Source: Nannocystis bainbridge
Lineage (GTDB): Bacteria > Myxococcota_A > Polyangia > Nannocystales > Nannocystaceae
Assembly (NCBI RefSeq): GCF_028368995.1
Contig: NZ_JAQNDL010000001.1
Location: 3,264,001 to 3,328,000, forward strand
DNA length: 64,000 nucleotides
Direction of reading: 5' to 3'
A program made the translations under genes and the position numbers. The notes beneath the pieces are model-generated. The model did no database searches and was not told the DNA's origin. It was given only the letters and a program-made list of their open reading frames with translations. Positions 18,955 through 29,865 of the stretch are shown one piece after another; position 1 is the first letter of the stretch; the number at the start of each line of letters is the position of its first letter.

Positions 18955-19796
18955 CCGACCCCGACCTGCGTGCCCTGCCGCTGCCGCGCCCCGAGAGCTT
19001 TTCGTACGAGGAGCGCGAGCGCGTCGGGGTCATCACCCTGACGCGGCCCGATCGCTTCAACGCGCTGACGTTCCAGGTCTACCGCGAGCTGACCGACCTG
19101 TTCACGGTGATCGACCGCCGGGCCCACGCCGAGGGCGGGGCGCGGGCGCTGGTGCTGCAGGGCGCGGGGCGGGCGTTCTGCGGCGGCGGCGACGTCGACG
19201 ACATCATCACCCGGCTGTTCGAGCGCGACGCCGAGGCGCTGCTGCGGTTCACGCGGATGACGGGGGAGCTGATCCACGCGATGCGCCGCTGCAAGCTGCC
19301 GATCGTCGCCAGCGTCAAGCGCGTGGCCGCCGGCGCCGGCGCGGTGATGGCCCTGGCGAGCGACCTGCGGGTGATGGGCAAGGGCTCCTTCTTCTCGTTC
19401 CTGTTCCCGCAGGTCGGGCTGTCGGGCGCCGACATGGGCGCGAGCTGGCTGCTGCCGCGGGTGGTCGGCCTCGGCCACGCGAGCGAGATCCTGCTGCTCG
19501 GCGACCGGGTGACGGCCGACCGCTGCGCGCAGATCGGGCTGGCCACCCAGGTGGTCGAGGACGAGCCCGACCGCGACGCGGTCGACCGGGCCGCGTTCGC
19601 GCTGGCCAAGCGGGTGGCCGACGGGCCCCACTTCGCCGCCCGCATGACCAAGACGATGCTGCAGCAGGAGCTCGACATGGACTTCACCGCGGCGATCGAG
19701 GCCGAGGCCCAGGCCCAGACCCTGTGCATGCAACACCCCGACTTCGCCGAGGCCGACCAGGCCCGCCAGGCCAAGCGCCCGCCGACCTGGCGCTGA
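18951..19796 (+). CDS. Enoyl-CoA hydratase family protein
   Basis: ITLTRPDRFNALT, RAFCGGGD, AAGAGAVMALASDLR, VGLSGADMG. Confidence 0.92.
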   Translation: MTDPDLRALPLPRPESFSYEERERVGVITLTRPDRFNALTFQVYRELTDLFTVIDRRAHAEGGARALVLQGAGRAFCGGGDVDDIITRLFERDAEALLRFTRMTGELIHAMRRCKLPIVASVKRVAAGAGAVMALASDLRVMGKGSFFSFLFPQVGLSGADMGASWLLPRVVGLGHASEILLLGDRVTADRCAQIGLATQVVEDEPDRDAVDRAAFALAKRVADGPHFAARMTKTMLQQELDMDFTAAIEAEAQAQTLCMQHPDFAEADQARQAKRPPTWR

Positions 19797-19857
19797 GAGC
19801 ATGTCTTCGAGAGCATGTCTTCGAGAGCATGTCCCCGAGAGCATGTCCCGAGAGACG
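19795..19857. repeat. 14-bp period tandem array (TGTC-N6-GACA family, degenerate)
   Basis: CATGTC at 19800, 19814, 19828 and 19842. Confidence 0.9.
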
Positions 19858-19961
19858 AGCCCACCCCGCGCCGACGCCCGATGTCCTGAGGAGCCCGCCC
19901 CGATGAACCGCCTTCACCCGCACGCCGGCATCATCCTGTCCGCCTCGAGGAGCCTGTCCCG

Positions 19962-21164
19962 ATGAACATGTTGCACACGCCCTACGTGACCGAGCGGGCG
20001 CTCGGGCTGCTGGACGCGGCGCGCTGGCGGCCGCTCGAGGACGCGCTGGCGGTCTTCGTAACCGACCTGCGGGCCCGGCCGGTCGACGAGGAGGCCGGCG
20101 AGGACGCCGCCGCGCGCGTGTACCTCAAGCGGCTGGCGACGGCCGGGCTGCTCGAGTGGGTGGTGCCGGCGGCCTGGGGCGGCGCCGAGCTCGGCGAGGG
20201 CGAGGCCCGGGCGTCGGCGCTGTCGTCGACCGCCATCTGCCTGATCCGCCAGTGGCTCGCGCGCGAGAGCGGGGCGCTCGACACCGCCTTCGTCATGCAG
20301 GGCCTGGGCTCGTTCCCGCTGGCGCTGGCCGCCGACGAGTCGCTGCGCCGCTACGTGCTGCCGCGCGTGGCCAGCGGCGCGACGATCTGCGCGTTCGCCC
20401 TGACCGAGCCGGAGGCCGGGTCCGACGTCAAGAACCTGCGCACGCTGGCGACCACGGTCGACGGCGGGGTGGTGCTCGACGGCAGCAAGTGCTTCATCAG
20501 CAACGCCGGGCTGGCCGACAGCTACGTGGTGTTCGCCCGCGAGGCCGGCGAGGGCAAGCCGCGCTTCTCGGCGTTCTTCGTGGCCGGCGACGCACCTGGC
20601 CTTTCGGTCATCCGCACGCGCGTGCTGGCGCCGCACCCGATCGGCACGGTCAAGCTCGAGCGGGTGTTCGTGCCCGCGGCCCACCGCGTCGGCGAGCCCG
20701 GCGCGGGCCTCAAGCTGGCGCTCGGCAACCTCGACGTGTTCCGCGTCAGCGTCGGCGCGGCGGCCCTCGGCCTGGCCGACCGCGCGCTGGCCGAGACGGT
20801 GGCCCACCTCAAGCGCCGGGTCCAGTTCGGCAAGCCGCTGGCGGAGCAGCAGGGCCTGCAGTTCGCGCTCGCCGACCTGGCGACCGATCAGCTGGCGGCG
20901 CAGCTGCTGGTGTACCGCGCGGCCGGAGCCCGCGACGCCGGACACGCGACGTCCGACATGGCGGCGATGGCGAAGATGCACGCGACGGAGTCGGCGCAGC
21001 GAGCGATCGATCGCGCGGTGCAGAGCTTCGGCGGCCTCGGCGTGACGGTGGGCGAGGTGCCGGAGCGGCTCTACCGGGAGATCCGCGCCCTGCGGATCTA
21101 CGAGGGCGCGACCGAGGTGCAGAAGCTGGTGATCGCCCGCGCGCTGCTGGACGAGCGCGGCTGA
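19962..21164 (+). CDS. Acyl-CoA dehydrogenase
   Basis: [42 protein letters not shown]. Confidence 0.95.
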   Translation: MNMLHTPYVTERALGLLDAARWRPLEDALAVFVTDLRARPVDEEAGEDAAARVYLKRLATAGLLEWVVPAAWGGAELGEGEARASALSSTAICLIRQWLARESGALDTAFVMQGLGSFPLALAADESLRRYVLPRVASGATICAFALTEPEAGSDVKNLRTLATTVDGGVVLDGSKCFISNAGLADSYVVFAREAGEGKPRFSAFFVAGDAPGLSVIRTRVLAPHPIGTVKLERVFVPAAHRVGEPGAGLKLALGNLDVFRVSVGAAALGLADRALAETVAHLKRRVQFGKPLAEQQGLQFALADLATDQLAAQLLVYRAAGARDAGHATSDMAAMAKMHATESAQRAIDRAVQSFGGLGVTVGEVPERLYREIRALRIYEGATEVQKLVIARALLDERG

Positions 21165-21390
21165 GGCCGTTCGGCGATCGTGGCCGTCGCGGCAGCCGAG
21201 GTCGGCTCCGCCAGTGCGGCCTGGGCTGCTGCGCATCGGCCGAGCTCGACGCCATGCGACAGCGAGGCCGCGGCAGCCGTGTGCCAGGCGGGCTGCCGCA
21301 GCGCGTCGCGCCGTCGGGCGGCCGGGCGGCCGCGTGAGCGCGCGACAAAGCGCTTGCCGGCCGGCGCGCGGCCTCGCTACGCTTCGCGGC

Positions 21391-22155
21391 ATGACCAGGC
21401 CCCGAAGCGCCGCGCGCCGCGTCGTCCTGCTCGGGGCGCTGACGCTGGGCGGCTGCTCGGGCGCGCCCGCCGAGCGCGTGGTGCATGTCGCCGCGGCCAT
21501 GTCCCTGAAGGAGGCCTTCACCGACCTCGAGGCCGGCTTCGAGGCGCAGCACCCGGGCGTCGACGTGGTCTTCAACTTCGCCGGCTCGCAGACCCTGGCC
21601 GCGCAGATCGTCGCCGGCGCGCCGGCGGACGTGTTCGCCTCGGCCGACCGGGCGCAGATGGAGCGCGCGGCCGCGTCGAGCCGGATGCAGCCGGCGCGGG
21701 TGTTCGCCAGGAACAAGCTGGTGATCGTCACGCCGGCGAACGATCCGTCGATCCAGGGGCCGGCCGACCTGTCGCGCGCCGGCCTGCGGCTGATCCTCGC
21801 CGGCGAGACCGTGCCGGTCGGCGCCTACGCGCGCGAGGCCCTGAACCGCCTCGGGGTGCGCGAAGCGGCCCTCGCCAACGTCGTGTCCAACGAGGAGAAC
21901 GTGCGCGGGGTGGTCGGCAAGGTCGCCACCGGCGAGGCCGACGCGGGCATCGTCTACGCCACCGACGTCACCGCGGAGCTGGCGGACAAGCTGCGCACCG
22001 TGACCCTGGCCGGCGCCGACGACGTCGTGCCGGCGTACGAGATCGCGGCCCTCGCCGACAGCCGGCAGCCCGAGCTCGCCGCCGCGTTCGTCGACCTGGT
22101 CGCCGGCCCGGCCGGGGCCGCGGCGCTCGGCAAGCGCGGCTTCCTCCCGCCGTGA
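21391..22155 (+). CDS. modA: Molybdate ABC transporter substrate-binding lipoprotein
   Basis: AAMSL, FAGSQTLAAQI..GAPADVFASA, VPVGAYA, ADAGIVYATD. Confidence 0.95.
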   Translation: MTRPRSAARRVVLLGALTLGGCSGAPAERVVHVAAAMSLKEAFTDLEAGFEAQHPGVDVVFNFAGSQTLAAQIVAGAPADVFASADRAQMERAAASSRMQPARVFARNKLVIVTPANDPSIQGPADLSRAGLRLILAGETVPVGAYAREALNRLGVREAALANVVSNEENVRGVVGKVATGEADAGIVYATDVTAELADKLRTVTLAGADDVVPAYEIAALADSRQPELAAAFVDLVAGPAGAAALGKRGFLPP

Positions 22156-22188
22156 TCGGGCTGTCCCGAGGTACCTGTCTTGGACGAC

Positions 22189-22989
22189 ATGTCCTTGAAG
22201 CCCGGTCGCCCCGGGCACGCGAACCTGGCGATCGGCCTGCTCGCCGGCGCGGCGGTGGTGTTCTTCGCGCTGCCGCTGGTCGGCCTGCTGGTCCGGGTCG
22301 CGCCCGCCGAGGTGTGGCGGCAGCTGACGGCGCCGGCGGTGCAGACGGCGCTGCGGCTGTCGCTGACGGTGTCGCTGACCGCGGCCGGGCTGTCGCTGCT
22401 GCTCGGGCTGCCGCTGGCGTACGCGCTGGCGCGGCTGCCGTTCCCGGGCCGCGGGCTGGCGCGGGCGCTGGTGACGCTGCCGATGGTGCTGCCGCCGGTG
22501 GTCGGCGGCACGGCGCTGCTGGCGGCGTTCGGCCGCCGCGGCCTGCTCGGCGGTCCGCTGGAACATGGCCTCGGGGTCATCTTGCCGTACACGACCGGCG
22601 CGGCGGTGCTGGCGGCCACGTTCGTGGCGGCGCCGTTTTTGGTGATCACCGTCGAGGGCGCGCTGCGAGGGCTCGACCCACGGCTCGAGCAAGCGGCGGC
22701 GACGCTGGGCGCGAGCCGGCTGCGCATCGTCGCCACGGTGGTGCTGCCGGCGATCCGCCCGAGCCTGGTCGCCGGCCTGGCGCTGTGCTGGGCCCGCGCG
22801 CTCGGCGAGTTCGGGGCGACGATCACGTTCGCCGGCAACCTGCAGGGCCGCACGCAGACGATGCCGCTCGCGGTCTACGAGGCCCTGCATACCAGCCCCG
22901 ACGGCGCGGTCGCCCTCAGCCTGATCCTGCTGGCGGTGTCGCTGGCCCTCCTCGCGGCCCTGCGCGGCCATTTTTTTAAAGGGGGGTGA
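22189..22989 (+). CDS. modB: Molybdate ABC transporter permease
   Basis: LPMVLPPVVGG, ARALGEFGATITFAGNL..TQTMPLAVY. Confidence 0.95.
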   Translation: MSLKPGRPGHANLAIGLLAGAAVVFFALPLVGLLVRVAPAEVWRQLTAPAVQTALRLSLTVSLTAAGLSLLLGLPLAYALARLPFPGRGLARALVTLPMVLPPVVGGTALLAAFGRRGLLGGPLEHGLGVILPYTTGAAVLAATFVAAPFLVITVEGALRGLDPRLEQAAATLGASRLRIVATVVLPAIRPSLVAGLALCWARALGEFGATITFAGNLQGRTQTMPLAVYEALHTSPDGAVALSLILLAVSLALLAALRGHFFKGG

Positions 22990-23055
22990 GCGATGCGGGA
23001 CTCGGAACACAGCGATCGCGCTCGACCCGACCGCGCATCACGAAGCACCTCGGCG

Positions 23056-23781
23056 ATGACAGCAGGCCTGGTCGCCGACATCGCGGTGCGGCGCGGCGGG
23101 TTCGCGCTCGAGCTGCAGTTCGCGCTGGCGCCGGGCGCCACGGTCGCGGTGCTCGGGCCCAACGGGGCCGGCAAGTCGACCCTCGTCGAAGCGCTCGCCG
23201 GGCTGGTGCCGCTCGCGCGCGGCGAGGTCGTGCTCGCAGGGCGCACGCTCGAGCGGCCGGCGGCGCGCGTGCGCCTGTCGCCGCAGGAACGTGGCCTCGG
23301 GGTCATGTTCCAAGGGTACTGTCTGTTCGGACATCTGAGCGCGCGCGACAACGTCGCCTACGGACCGCGAGCGCGTGGGGTCGCGCGGGCGCGGGCGCGG
23401 GCCGAGGCGCAGGCGTGGCTCGAGCGGCTCGGCGTCGGCGAGGTCGGCGACCTGCGGCCGGCCGCGCTGTCGGGCGGGCAGGCCCAGCGGGTCGCGTTGG
23501 CGCGGGCGATGATCTGCCGCCCTGCCCTGCTCCTGCTCGACGAGCCGCTGGCCGCGCTCGACGTCTCGGCGCGCGCGCAGGCCCGCAGGCTGCTGGCCGG
23601 CTGGCTGGCCGAGGCCGCTGCTATCTGCGTGATCGTCAGCCACGACGTGCGCGACGCGATCGCCCTCGCCGACGAGCTGCTGGTGGTCGAGGCCGGCCGC
23701 CTCACGGCCCGCGGCACCGCGGACGAGCTGCGCGCGCGGCCGCCGACGGACTACGTCGCGGCGGTGCTCGGCGAAGGTTGA
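23056..23781 (+). CDS. modC: Molybdate ABC transporter ATPase (no TOBE tail)
   Basis: GPNGAGKST, LSGGQAQR, LLLDEP; follows modAB; alternative start at 22993. Confidence 0.88.
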   Translation: MTAGLVADIAVRRGGFALELQFALAPGATVAVLGPNGAGKSTLVEALAGLVPLARGEVVLAGRTLERPAARVRLSPQERGLGVMFQGYCLFGHLSARDNVAYGPRARGVARARARAEAQAWLERLGVGEVGDLRPAALSGGQAQRVALARAMICRPALLLLDEPLAALDVSARAQARRLLAGWLAEAAAICVIVSHDVRDAIALADELLVVEAGRLTARGTADELRARPPTDYVAAVLGEG

Positions 23782-23794
23782 TGCGTGCGTCGCG

Positions 23795-24082
23795 GCGATC
23801 GCGTGGCGCGTGCCGGCGGACCGCTGCGATCAACCTGGCAGCGAGACCTCGAACCATCCCACAACATGTCCCCGAGGACATGTCCATACGTGCCTAGCGA
23901 TGATCGCGTGGCGCGAGTGAGCACCGGCGACCCGTGGCGAGGAACCTGCCCGCGGGACCTCGAACCAGACCTGTCCCCGAGGACATGTCCATAAGCACAA
24001 CGCAGCGACCGCGTGGCGCATCGATGAGATGCTCGCGGGGCATCGACCGGGCCGAATCAGCCTGTCCCCGGGGACATGTTCA
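23795..24082. repeat. ~105-bp intergenic direct repeats carrying TGTC-N6-GACA palindromes
   Basis: GATCGCGTGGCGCG..AACCTG..GACCTCGAACCA..TGTCCCCGAGGACATGTCCATA occurs twice (cores at 23867 and 23972), plus a partial third copy. Confidence 0.85.
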
Positions 24083-24154
24083 TGATACCGGCGTGATTCA
24101 AGAAGGCGCGGATCCCCGCGAGCACTCGGGCCGCCGTGCCTCGCTATCACCGGC

Positions 24155-25258
24155 TCACTTGCGGCGCTTCTGCTCGAGATCGCTGTAGAGCGCGTCGTAG
24201 CGGCTCGCCATCTGTGTCAGCGAGAACTCGCGGGCCGCCAGGGTCGCGGCGGCTTCGGACCACGAGGCGACGTGGTCGCCGTGGACCACCTCCGCGATCG
24301 CGCGGGCGAACGCGTCGGGCTCGGCCGGCGCGGCCAGGCCCGCGCGCAGGCCCGCGCCGTGGCCCACGTGCAGCAGCTCCGCCGCCGGCGAGACATCGAC
24401 GATCGCGGCCGGCACCCCGCGGGCCAGGCCCTCGAGCAGCGCCAGCGGCAGATCGACCTTCTTGCGCGTGTGCGTGGCCGCGAACAGCTGCAGCGCGCTG
24501 CGGCGGTACAGCGCGTCCATGTCGGCCACCTCGGCCAGCAGCTCCACCCGGCCCGACGCCAGCTCGCCGGCCAGGTCGCGCTGGATCCCTGCGCGCGCCT
24601 CCGCGTCGCCCTCTGCTTTCGGTCGGCACGCGATCGTCAGCGACCAGCCGCTCGCCGCGGTCGCGCGGGCCAGCGCCACCAGGCGCGCGGCGATGTCGCG
24701 ATCGAGGTCACCGGCGTAGAGCAGGCGCTTGCGGCCGGCGACCTCGGTCGGGTGGTCGGCCGCGGTGGCGGCCACGGCCGGGCGGATCGTGGCGATCTTG
24801 TTCTCGGGCACGCCGGCGTCGCGCAGGCGCCGGGCTGTCCCGTGGGACAGGGCGACCACCGCGTCGAGCGGGCGCAGCAGCGGGGTCCAGGCCTCGGCCT
24901 CGTGCGACGACATCAAGCTCTGCACGAACAGCCGCCGCGGCTGCAGCCGGCGCAGCAGCGACACCACCGCCGCCGTCGCCTTGCCTGGCGTAAAGGACAG
25001 GTGCACCGGCATGCCCGGGTGGCGCAGCATCGCCGCCAGCGCCCGCAGCTTGTCGGTCATCGTCGGCGCGTAGCCGGCCGGCGGCGCGCCGATCACCCGG
25101 TCGCCTGTGGGCCGCAGCGGCGCCGCCGGGTCGCCGAGATAGGCCAGCTGCCGGCTCTCCGGCATGTGCTGCACCAGGTCGCGCAGCAGCACGGTGCTGC
25201 CGTCGCGGAACGGCGTCCGCAGCGGCTTGGAGATGATGAGCCAGGGCTTTTGGGACAT
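24155..25258 (-). CDS. Glycosyltransferase family 4
   Basis: GT-B features: DAVVALS, LLYAGDL, PLALLEGLARGVP, FSLTQMASRYDALY. Confidence 0.85.
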   Translation of the reverse strand: MSQKPWLIISKPLRTPFRDGSTVLLRDLVQHMPESRQLAYLGDPAAPLRPTGDRVIGAPPAGYAPTMTDKLRALAAMLRHPGMPVHLSFTPGKATAAVVSLLRRLQPRRLFVQSLMSSHEAEAWTPLLRPLDAVVALSHGTARRLRDAGVPENKIATIRPAVAATAADHPTEVAGRKRLLYAGDLDRDIAARLVALARATAASGWSLTIACRPKAEGDAEARAGIQRDLAGELASGRVELLAEVADMDALYRRSALQLFAATHTRKKVDLPLALLEGLARGVPAAIVDVSPAAELLHVGHGAGLRAGLAAPAEPDAFARAIAEVVHGDHVASWSEAAATLAAREFSLTQMASRYDALYSDLEQKRRK

Positions 25259-25261
25259 GTC

Positions 25262-26734
25262 CTAAGGAGCACGCTTCTTGCGGAGCTCGCGGAGCTCCGC
25301 CGGCGTGACGGCGCGGGTGACGGCGACGGCGCCGAGGAACACGGCGGCGAGCAGCGCCAGCTTGACGATGATGAGGAGCTTGCTGGTCGGCGCCCACGCC
25401 CGCGACGCGGCCTCGACCAGGGCGACGGCCGCCAGCAGCTTGAGCAGGTAGACCGGCGAGAGCGCCGCCCCGAGGCTGCGGGCCAGCGCGATCAGGCTGA
25501 CGACCGCGCCGGCGGCCCCGCCGATCGCCACCGCCGTGGCCGCGCCCGAGGTGAAGCTCTGCGGCACCAGCACGAGGCCGGCCGCGCCGACGACCAGCAG
25601 CGGCACCGCGATCAGCAGCAGCGCCAGCCGCGAGCGGCGGGTGCTGTTGAAGATCCACGCCGCCGTGACCGTGAGCGAGTAGCCCGACATGCCCCACACC
25701 AGGAGCCGCAGCTCGCCCGCGGCCTCGCCGTAGGCGGCCGGGAACAGCAGCCGCTGGACCTCGGGCGCCGCGCCGGCGCCGACGCTGCTCATGAAGCACA
25801 GCAGGAACACGCTGATCTTGGCGGTCGCGGTGACGTAGCGCTCGATCTGGGCCCGGTCGCTCTGCGCCTGCAGCGTCGCGATCAGCGGGAACATCACCAG
25901 GCTGACCGCGTTCATCATGCTGTAGGGCACGCGCGCGACCAGGTTGGCGCTCGAGTAGAAGCCGACGGCGTCCTTCTGCGCCTGCGAGGTGGTGAACTGC
26001 TTGAGCAGCACCAGGTCGAGCGCCTGCAGCAGGTTGACGCCGGCGGTGAACACCAGCAGGAGGCCGGTGAACTCGGCCATCGCCGGCAGCGGGCCGGCGG
26101 CGCCGCCGGCGGCGCGCGGGCGGCTGCGGCTGACGAACACGATCGACAGGCCGAAGGCCAGCAGCGACGCGAAGGTGAAGCCGCCGAGGATCTCGGCCAG
26201 CCCGAAGCCCATGGCCGCGGCGCCGACGATCAGCGTCGTCTTCGTCATCGCCATGAAGATGTCGAGGCCGGCCTGGAACTGGAATTTGCGGACGGCGTTG
26301 AGCGTGCCGACGTTGACCGCGTAGGCGGCGTAGATCAGCGGGATGATGCCGACCACACGCAGCGCGCCGGCCAGCGACGGGTCGCGCAGCGCGTGGGTGG
26401 CGAGCAGGTCGGCGCCGAGGATGAAGACGAGGGCGACCAGACCGCCGAGCACGCCGGCCAGGCGGAAGCCCCGCCGCCGGAGCTCGTCGTAGGACGGCAG
26501 GCCGGCGTCGAACTCGGCCGACATCGGACGACTGACCGCGAACAGCAGCGTCTGGATCAGCACCATGTTCGGGATGGCGATGATCTGGCTGACGACCGTG
26601 TAATCGCCGAACGTGCCTGGAGGCACGAGGCGCGTCAGGGCGATCGAAACGGCGTAGCCGGCGAGCAGGAAGAAGAGCTTGGCAAAGCCGAGAGAAAGGC
26701 CGCCCTTGCTGAGTTCGCTGGCGTCTGTGGCCAC
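25262..26734 (-). CDS. Oligosaccharide flippase (Wzx/MOP family)
   Basis: 12-14 TM segments; LTRLVPPGTFGDY, LDLVLLK..VGFYSSA. Confidence 0.85.
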   Translation of the reverse strand: MATDASELSKGGLSLGFAKLFFLLAGYAVSIALTRLVPPGTFGDYTVVSQIIAIPNMVLIQTLLFAVSRPMSAEFDAGLPSYDELRRRGFRLAGVLGGLVALVFILGADLLATHALRDPSLAGALRVVGIIPLIYAAYAVNVGTLNAVRKFQFQAGLDIFMAMTKTTLIVGAAAMGFGLAEILGGFTFASLLAFGLSIVFVSRSRPRAAGGAAGPLPAMAEFTGLLLVFTAGVNLLQALDLVLLKQFTTSQAQKDAVGFYSSANLVARVPYSMMNAVSLVMFPLIATLQAQSDRAQIERYVTATAKISVFLLCFMSSVGAGAAPEVQRLLFPAAYGEAAGELRLLVWGMSGYSLTVTAAWIFNSTRRSRLALLLIAVPLLVVGAAGLVLVPQSFTSGAATAVAIGGAAGAVVSLIALARSLGAALSPVYLLKLLAAVALVEAASRAWAPTSKLLIIVKLALLAAVFLGAVAVTRAVTPAELRELRKKRAP

Positions 26735-26846
26735 GGGTCGCGCACACTATCACGATGCACACCGAGCAACGGCAGCGCGGGCCACCTGGGCGGCCGCGAC
26801 GAGCAGCGGAAGGCGCGCCCGCGGCGAATGCGCAATGGCGTCGAGT

Positions 26847-26876
26847 TTGACGTCCACGCCCTCCGTTACCTACTCT
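26847..26876 (+). promoter_or_regulatory. Sigma70-like promoter for tRNA-Ile2
   Basis: TTGACG-18 nt-TACTCT about 30 nt upstream of the tRNA. Confidence 0.55.
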
Positions 26877-26904
26877 GGCGATGACGATCCCCCCAGCGTC
26901 GCAC

Positions 26905-26982
<78 letters not shown>

Positions 26983-26994
26983 CAGGCGTCCCCC

Positions 26995-27807
26995 ATGACA
27001 GATATCCACCCGCAAATCCCCGCCCTTCGTACGCTGCAACGTCAGGACCGTCGCCTCACCCTGATGGAGCGGCGCCTGAGCGAGATCCCCAGCCGGATCG
27101 TCACCCTCGACACCGACCTGCACAAGCTCGAGCAGATGCTCTCCAGCGAGCGCAGCAAGCTCGACGACACGCGCTCGTTCCAGCAGCGGCAGGAGATGCA
27201 GCTCCACGACGAAGAGGACCTGATCCGCAGCAGCAAGGCCAAGCTCGGCGCGATCAAGACCGCCCGCGAGCTCAACGCCCAGCAGCGCGAGCTCGAGACG
27301 ACCCGCCGCATGGTCCAGACCCGCACCGGCGAGATCGGCAAGCTGCAGGAGGCGGTCCACAAGACCGAGGCCCAGATCGCCAAGATGGACGCCGCGCTGC
27401 AGGCGCTGCGCCAGACCGCCGATGCCGAGAAGACCAAGCTCGGCGAGGAGCAGGGCCGCCTGAACGAGTCGATCGACAAGGCCAAGAAGGTCCGCACCCG
27501 CCTGGTCAAGGACATCGACCGCGAGACGCTGGCCTCCTACGAGCGGATCCGCAGGCGCCTCGGCGGCGTGGCGTTCGTCGCCGCCCACCGCGAGCGCTGC
27601 ACCGCCTGCAAGATGGTCATCCCGCACATCATGTACACCCGCCTGCTCAAGGGCCGGGAGATCCCCGCCTGCGAGTCCTGCGGCCGCCTGCTCTACTGGT
27701 CAGGCCACTTCCCCGAGGACCACAACACCTTCGAGGCGAAGAAAGAAGAAGACACCAGCAAGCCGAAGCCCGCCGCGGACGTGATCCCCGGCGTGCGCGA
27801 GTTCTGA
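26995..27807 (+). CDS. Coiled-coil C4-type zinc-ribbon protein (DUF164/CT398-like)
   Basis: Long coiled coil, YERIRR, CTACKM..CESCGRLLY. Confidence 0.92.
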   Translation: MTDIHPQIPALRTLQRQDRRLTLMERRLSEIPSRIVTLDTDLHKLEQMLSSERSKLDDTRSFQQRQEMQLHDEEDLIRSSKAKLGAIKTARELNAQQRELETTRRMVQTRTGEIGKLQEAVHKTEAQIAKMDAALQALRQTADAEKTKLGEEQGRLNESIDKAKKVRTRLVKDIDRETLASYERIRRRLGGVAFVAAHRERCTACKMVIPHIMYTRLLKGREIPACESCGRLLYWSGHFPEDHNTFEAKKEEDTSKPKPAADVIPGVREF

Positions 27808-27904
27808 TCGCCGCCGGCGCGGCCGGGAGCCCGGCCGCGCGAGCGCTCGGTCGAAGCCCGCGGCCGCATGAGCCGGTCCGCGTGGGCTGAGCGACTCGCT
27901 CGGC

Positions 27905-28115
27905 GGCCTGTCCGTCGGGACAGGCTGAGACGGGCAGGCAGGTCCGCGAGGACGGCTCGAGTCGTTCCGGCGGGGCGACCGACCTGTCTGTCGTAACAGG
28001 CTGAGACGTGCGAACCTGTCCATGCGGACAGGTCGGCTCGCTGCGAGCGAGCGACACGTCTTTCGGGACAGGCTGATACGGTGGCGCGAAGGGACCTGTC
28101 CGTGCGGACAGATCG
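27905..28115. repeat. Intergenic cluster of TGTC-N6-GACA palindromes within ~72-76 bp repeats
   Basis: Cores at 27909, 27985, 28017, 28057 and 28097; ACAGGCTGA(G/T)ACG occurs three times. Confidence 0.85.
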
Positions 28116-28117
28116 CC

Positions 28118-28825
28118 TCACACGTAGCGCGTCGGGTCTTCCACGCCGGCGGCGACGAAGCCGTCGCGGCGCAGGCGGCAGCTTTCGCAGCGGCCGCAGG
28201 CGCGCGGGCGGTCGTCTTCGACCCGCGGGTCGTAGCAGGACACCGTGTCGGCGTAGTCGACCCCGGCGGCCTGGCCCGCTTCGATGATCTGGCGCTTGGA
28301 CCAGTCGATCAGCGGCGCGCGCACGCGCAGCGGCTTGCCCTCGACCCCGGCGCGGGTGGCCTCGGCGGCGAGGCGCTCGAACGCGGCCAGGAACTCGGGG
28401 CGGCAGTCGGGGTAGCCGGAGTAGTCGACCGCGTTGACGCCGACCCAGATCTCGCCAGCGCCGAGGACCTCGGCCCAGCCGAGCGCGTAGGCGAGGAAGA
28501 GGGTGTTGCGGGCGGGGACGTAGGTGCTGGGGATCTCGCCGGCGACGGGCTGGCTGTCCTTGGGGACAGCTGCGCTGCTGGCCTGCAGCAGCGAGGTGCC
28601 GGCGGCGACGAGGCGGCCGAGGTGGGCCAGGTCGACGACCTCGTGGGCGCGCGCGCCGAAGCGGGCCGCCTGGCGCGCGGCGCTCTCGAGCTCGACCTCG
28701 TGGCGCTGGCCGTAGCGGAAGCTGAGCGCGTAGGTCTCGCGCCCCTCGCTGGCGGCGAGCGCCAGCACGGTCGTCGAGTCGAGGCCGCCGCTGAGGAGGA
28801 CGACGGCGCGCACTGGTTCGGTCAT
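28118..28825 (-). CDS. queC: 7-cyano-7-deazaguanine synthase
   Basis: [40 protein letters not shown]. Confidence 0.97.
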   Translation of the reverse strand: MTEPVRAVVLLSGGLDSTTVLALAASEGRETYALSFRYGQRHEVELESAARQAARFGARAHEVVDLAHLGRLVAAGTSLLQASSAAVPKDSQPVAGEIPSTYVPARNTLFLAYALGWAEVLGAGEIWVGVNAVDYSGYPDCRPEFLAAFERLAAEATRAGVEGKPLRVRAPLIDWSKRQIIEAGQAAGVDYADTVSCYDPRVEDDRPRACGRCESCRLRRDGFVAAGVEDPTRYV

Positions 28826-28856
28826 GGCGACCTCGAGGGGCGGAGGACCGCCGACC

Positions 28857-29768
28857 TCACGCGGGCGTGAAGGTCGAGTCGATGGAGTTGACGATCTCGA
28901 CGTTCATCTGCCCGGCCGAGATGTTGGTGGTCGACGACGAGGTGCGGCGGACCGGCAGCTGCTCGTCGAGGTTGAACAGGACGGTGCCCTCGGCGGCGAC
29001 GTCGAGGGTGATCATCTGCTTGCCCTGCTCGACCGCGCCGGACGACTCGGACTCGTACTTGACCTCGGCGATGCGCTTGCCCGAGGAGCTGTCGATCTTG
29101 ACCAGCGTGAACTTGCTGGTGGTGTCGACCGGGATCACCAGACCCTGCAGGTTCTCGTCCTTGCGCTCGGTGGTCTCCACCGTCTTGCCCTCGACCAGCG
29201 CGGCCTTCGGCAGCTCCGGCAGGCCGAGCACGCCGGTGGCGAAGCCGCCGACCGCGGCCTCGACGCCCTTCTTCTCCTTGGCGGCCGCCGTCTCCGGCAG
29301 CGCCTTGGTCCCGGCCTCGTCGAGCTCGCCGCGGTTGTCGGCGACGAAGGCGCCGGTGAAGCTCTGGACCGCGGCCTTGGGGTCGACCGGCGTCTCACCC
29401 TCCTTGGGCGGCGGCAACATGTCCTTGCCGAGCACGAACTCGCGGACCTCGGCCACGGTCAGGCCGACCTTGAGCTTGCCGCCGCCGGCGTCGCTCACGT
29501 CGAGCAGGCCGGACAGGTCGCCCGAGGCCTCGTTGACGCCCTGGGGCGAGGTCGCCTTGAAGCTGAACTTGACGTCGGCCCGCAGCTTGACCGGGCCGGC
29601 CTTGTAGCGCAGCTCGGTGCCCCCCTTGGCCACTTCGCCGGAGCCGCCCGCCCCGTCCGGACCGGCCGAGTCGGCGCCCTTCTTGCAGGCGAGCGGGGAC
29701 GAGGCGAGCGCGACGAACAGGGCGAAGACCGCAGGACGGCGGCCGAGGAGGGTGCGTGAGGTCGACAT
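28857..29768 (-). CDS. Lipoprotein, beta-rich (DUF6263-like)
   Basis: PLAC lipobox, ELRYK, beta-strand-rich body; domain label tentative. Confidence 0.7.
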   Translation of the reverse strand: MSTSRTLLGRRPAVFALFVALASSPLACKKGADSAGPDGAGGSGEVAKGGTELRYKAGPVKLRADVKFSFKATSPQGVNEASGDLSGLLDVSDAGGGKLKVGLTVAEVREFVLGKDMLPPPKEGETPVDPKAAVQSFTGAFVADNRGELDEAGTKALPETAAAKEKKGVEAAVGGFATGVLGLPELPKAALVEGKTVETTERKDENLQGLVIPVDTTSKFTLVKIDSSSGKRIAEVKYESESSGAVEQGKQMITLDVAAEGTVLFNLDEQLPVRRTSSSTTNISAGQMNVEIVNSIDSTFTPA

Positions 29769-29865
29769 CGGCGGCAACGCTAACCGCGCGAGCCAGGCCG
29801 TGCAACCGGGCCGCAGGCGCACGCCCGTGAAAAAGCTCTGCCCCTCTGCTAAGAAGTCGCCGCCC

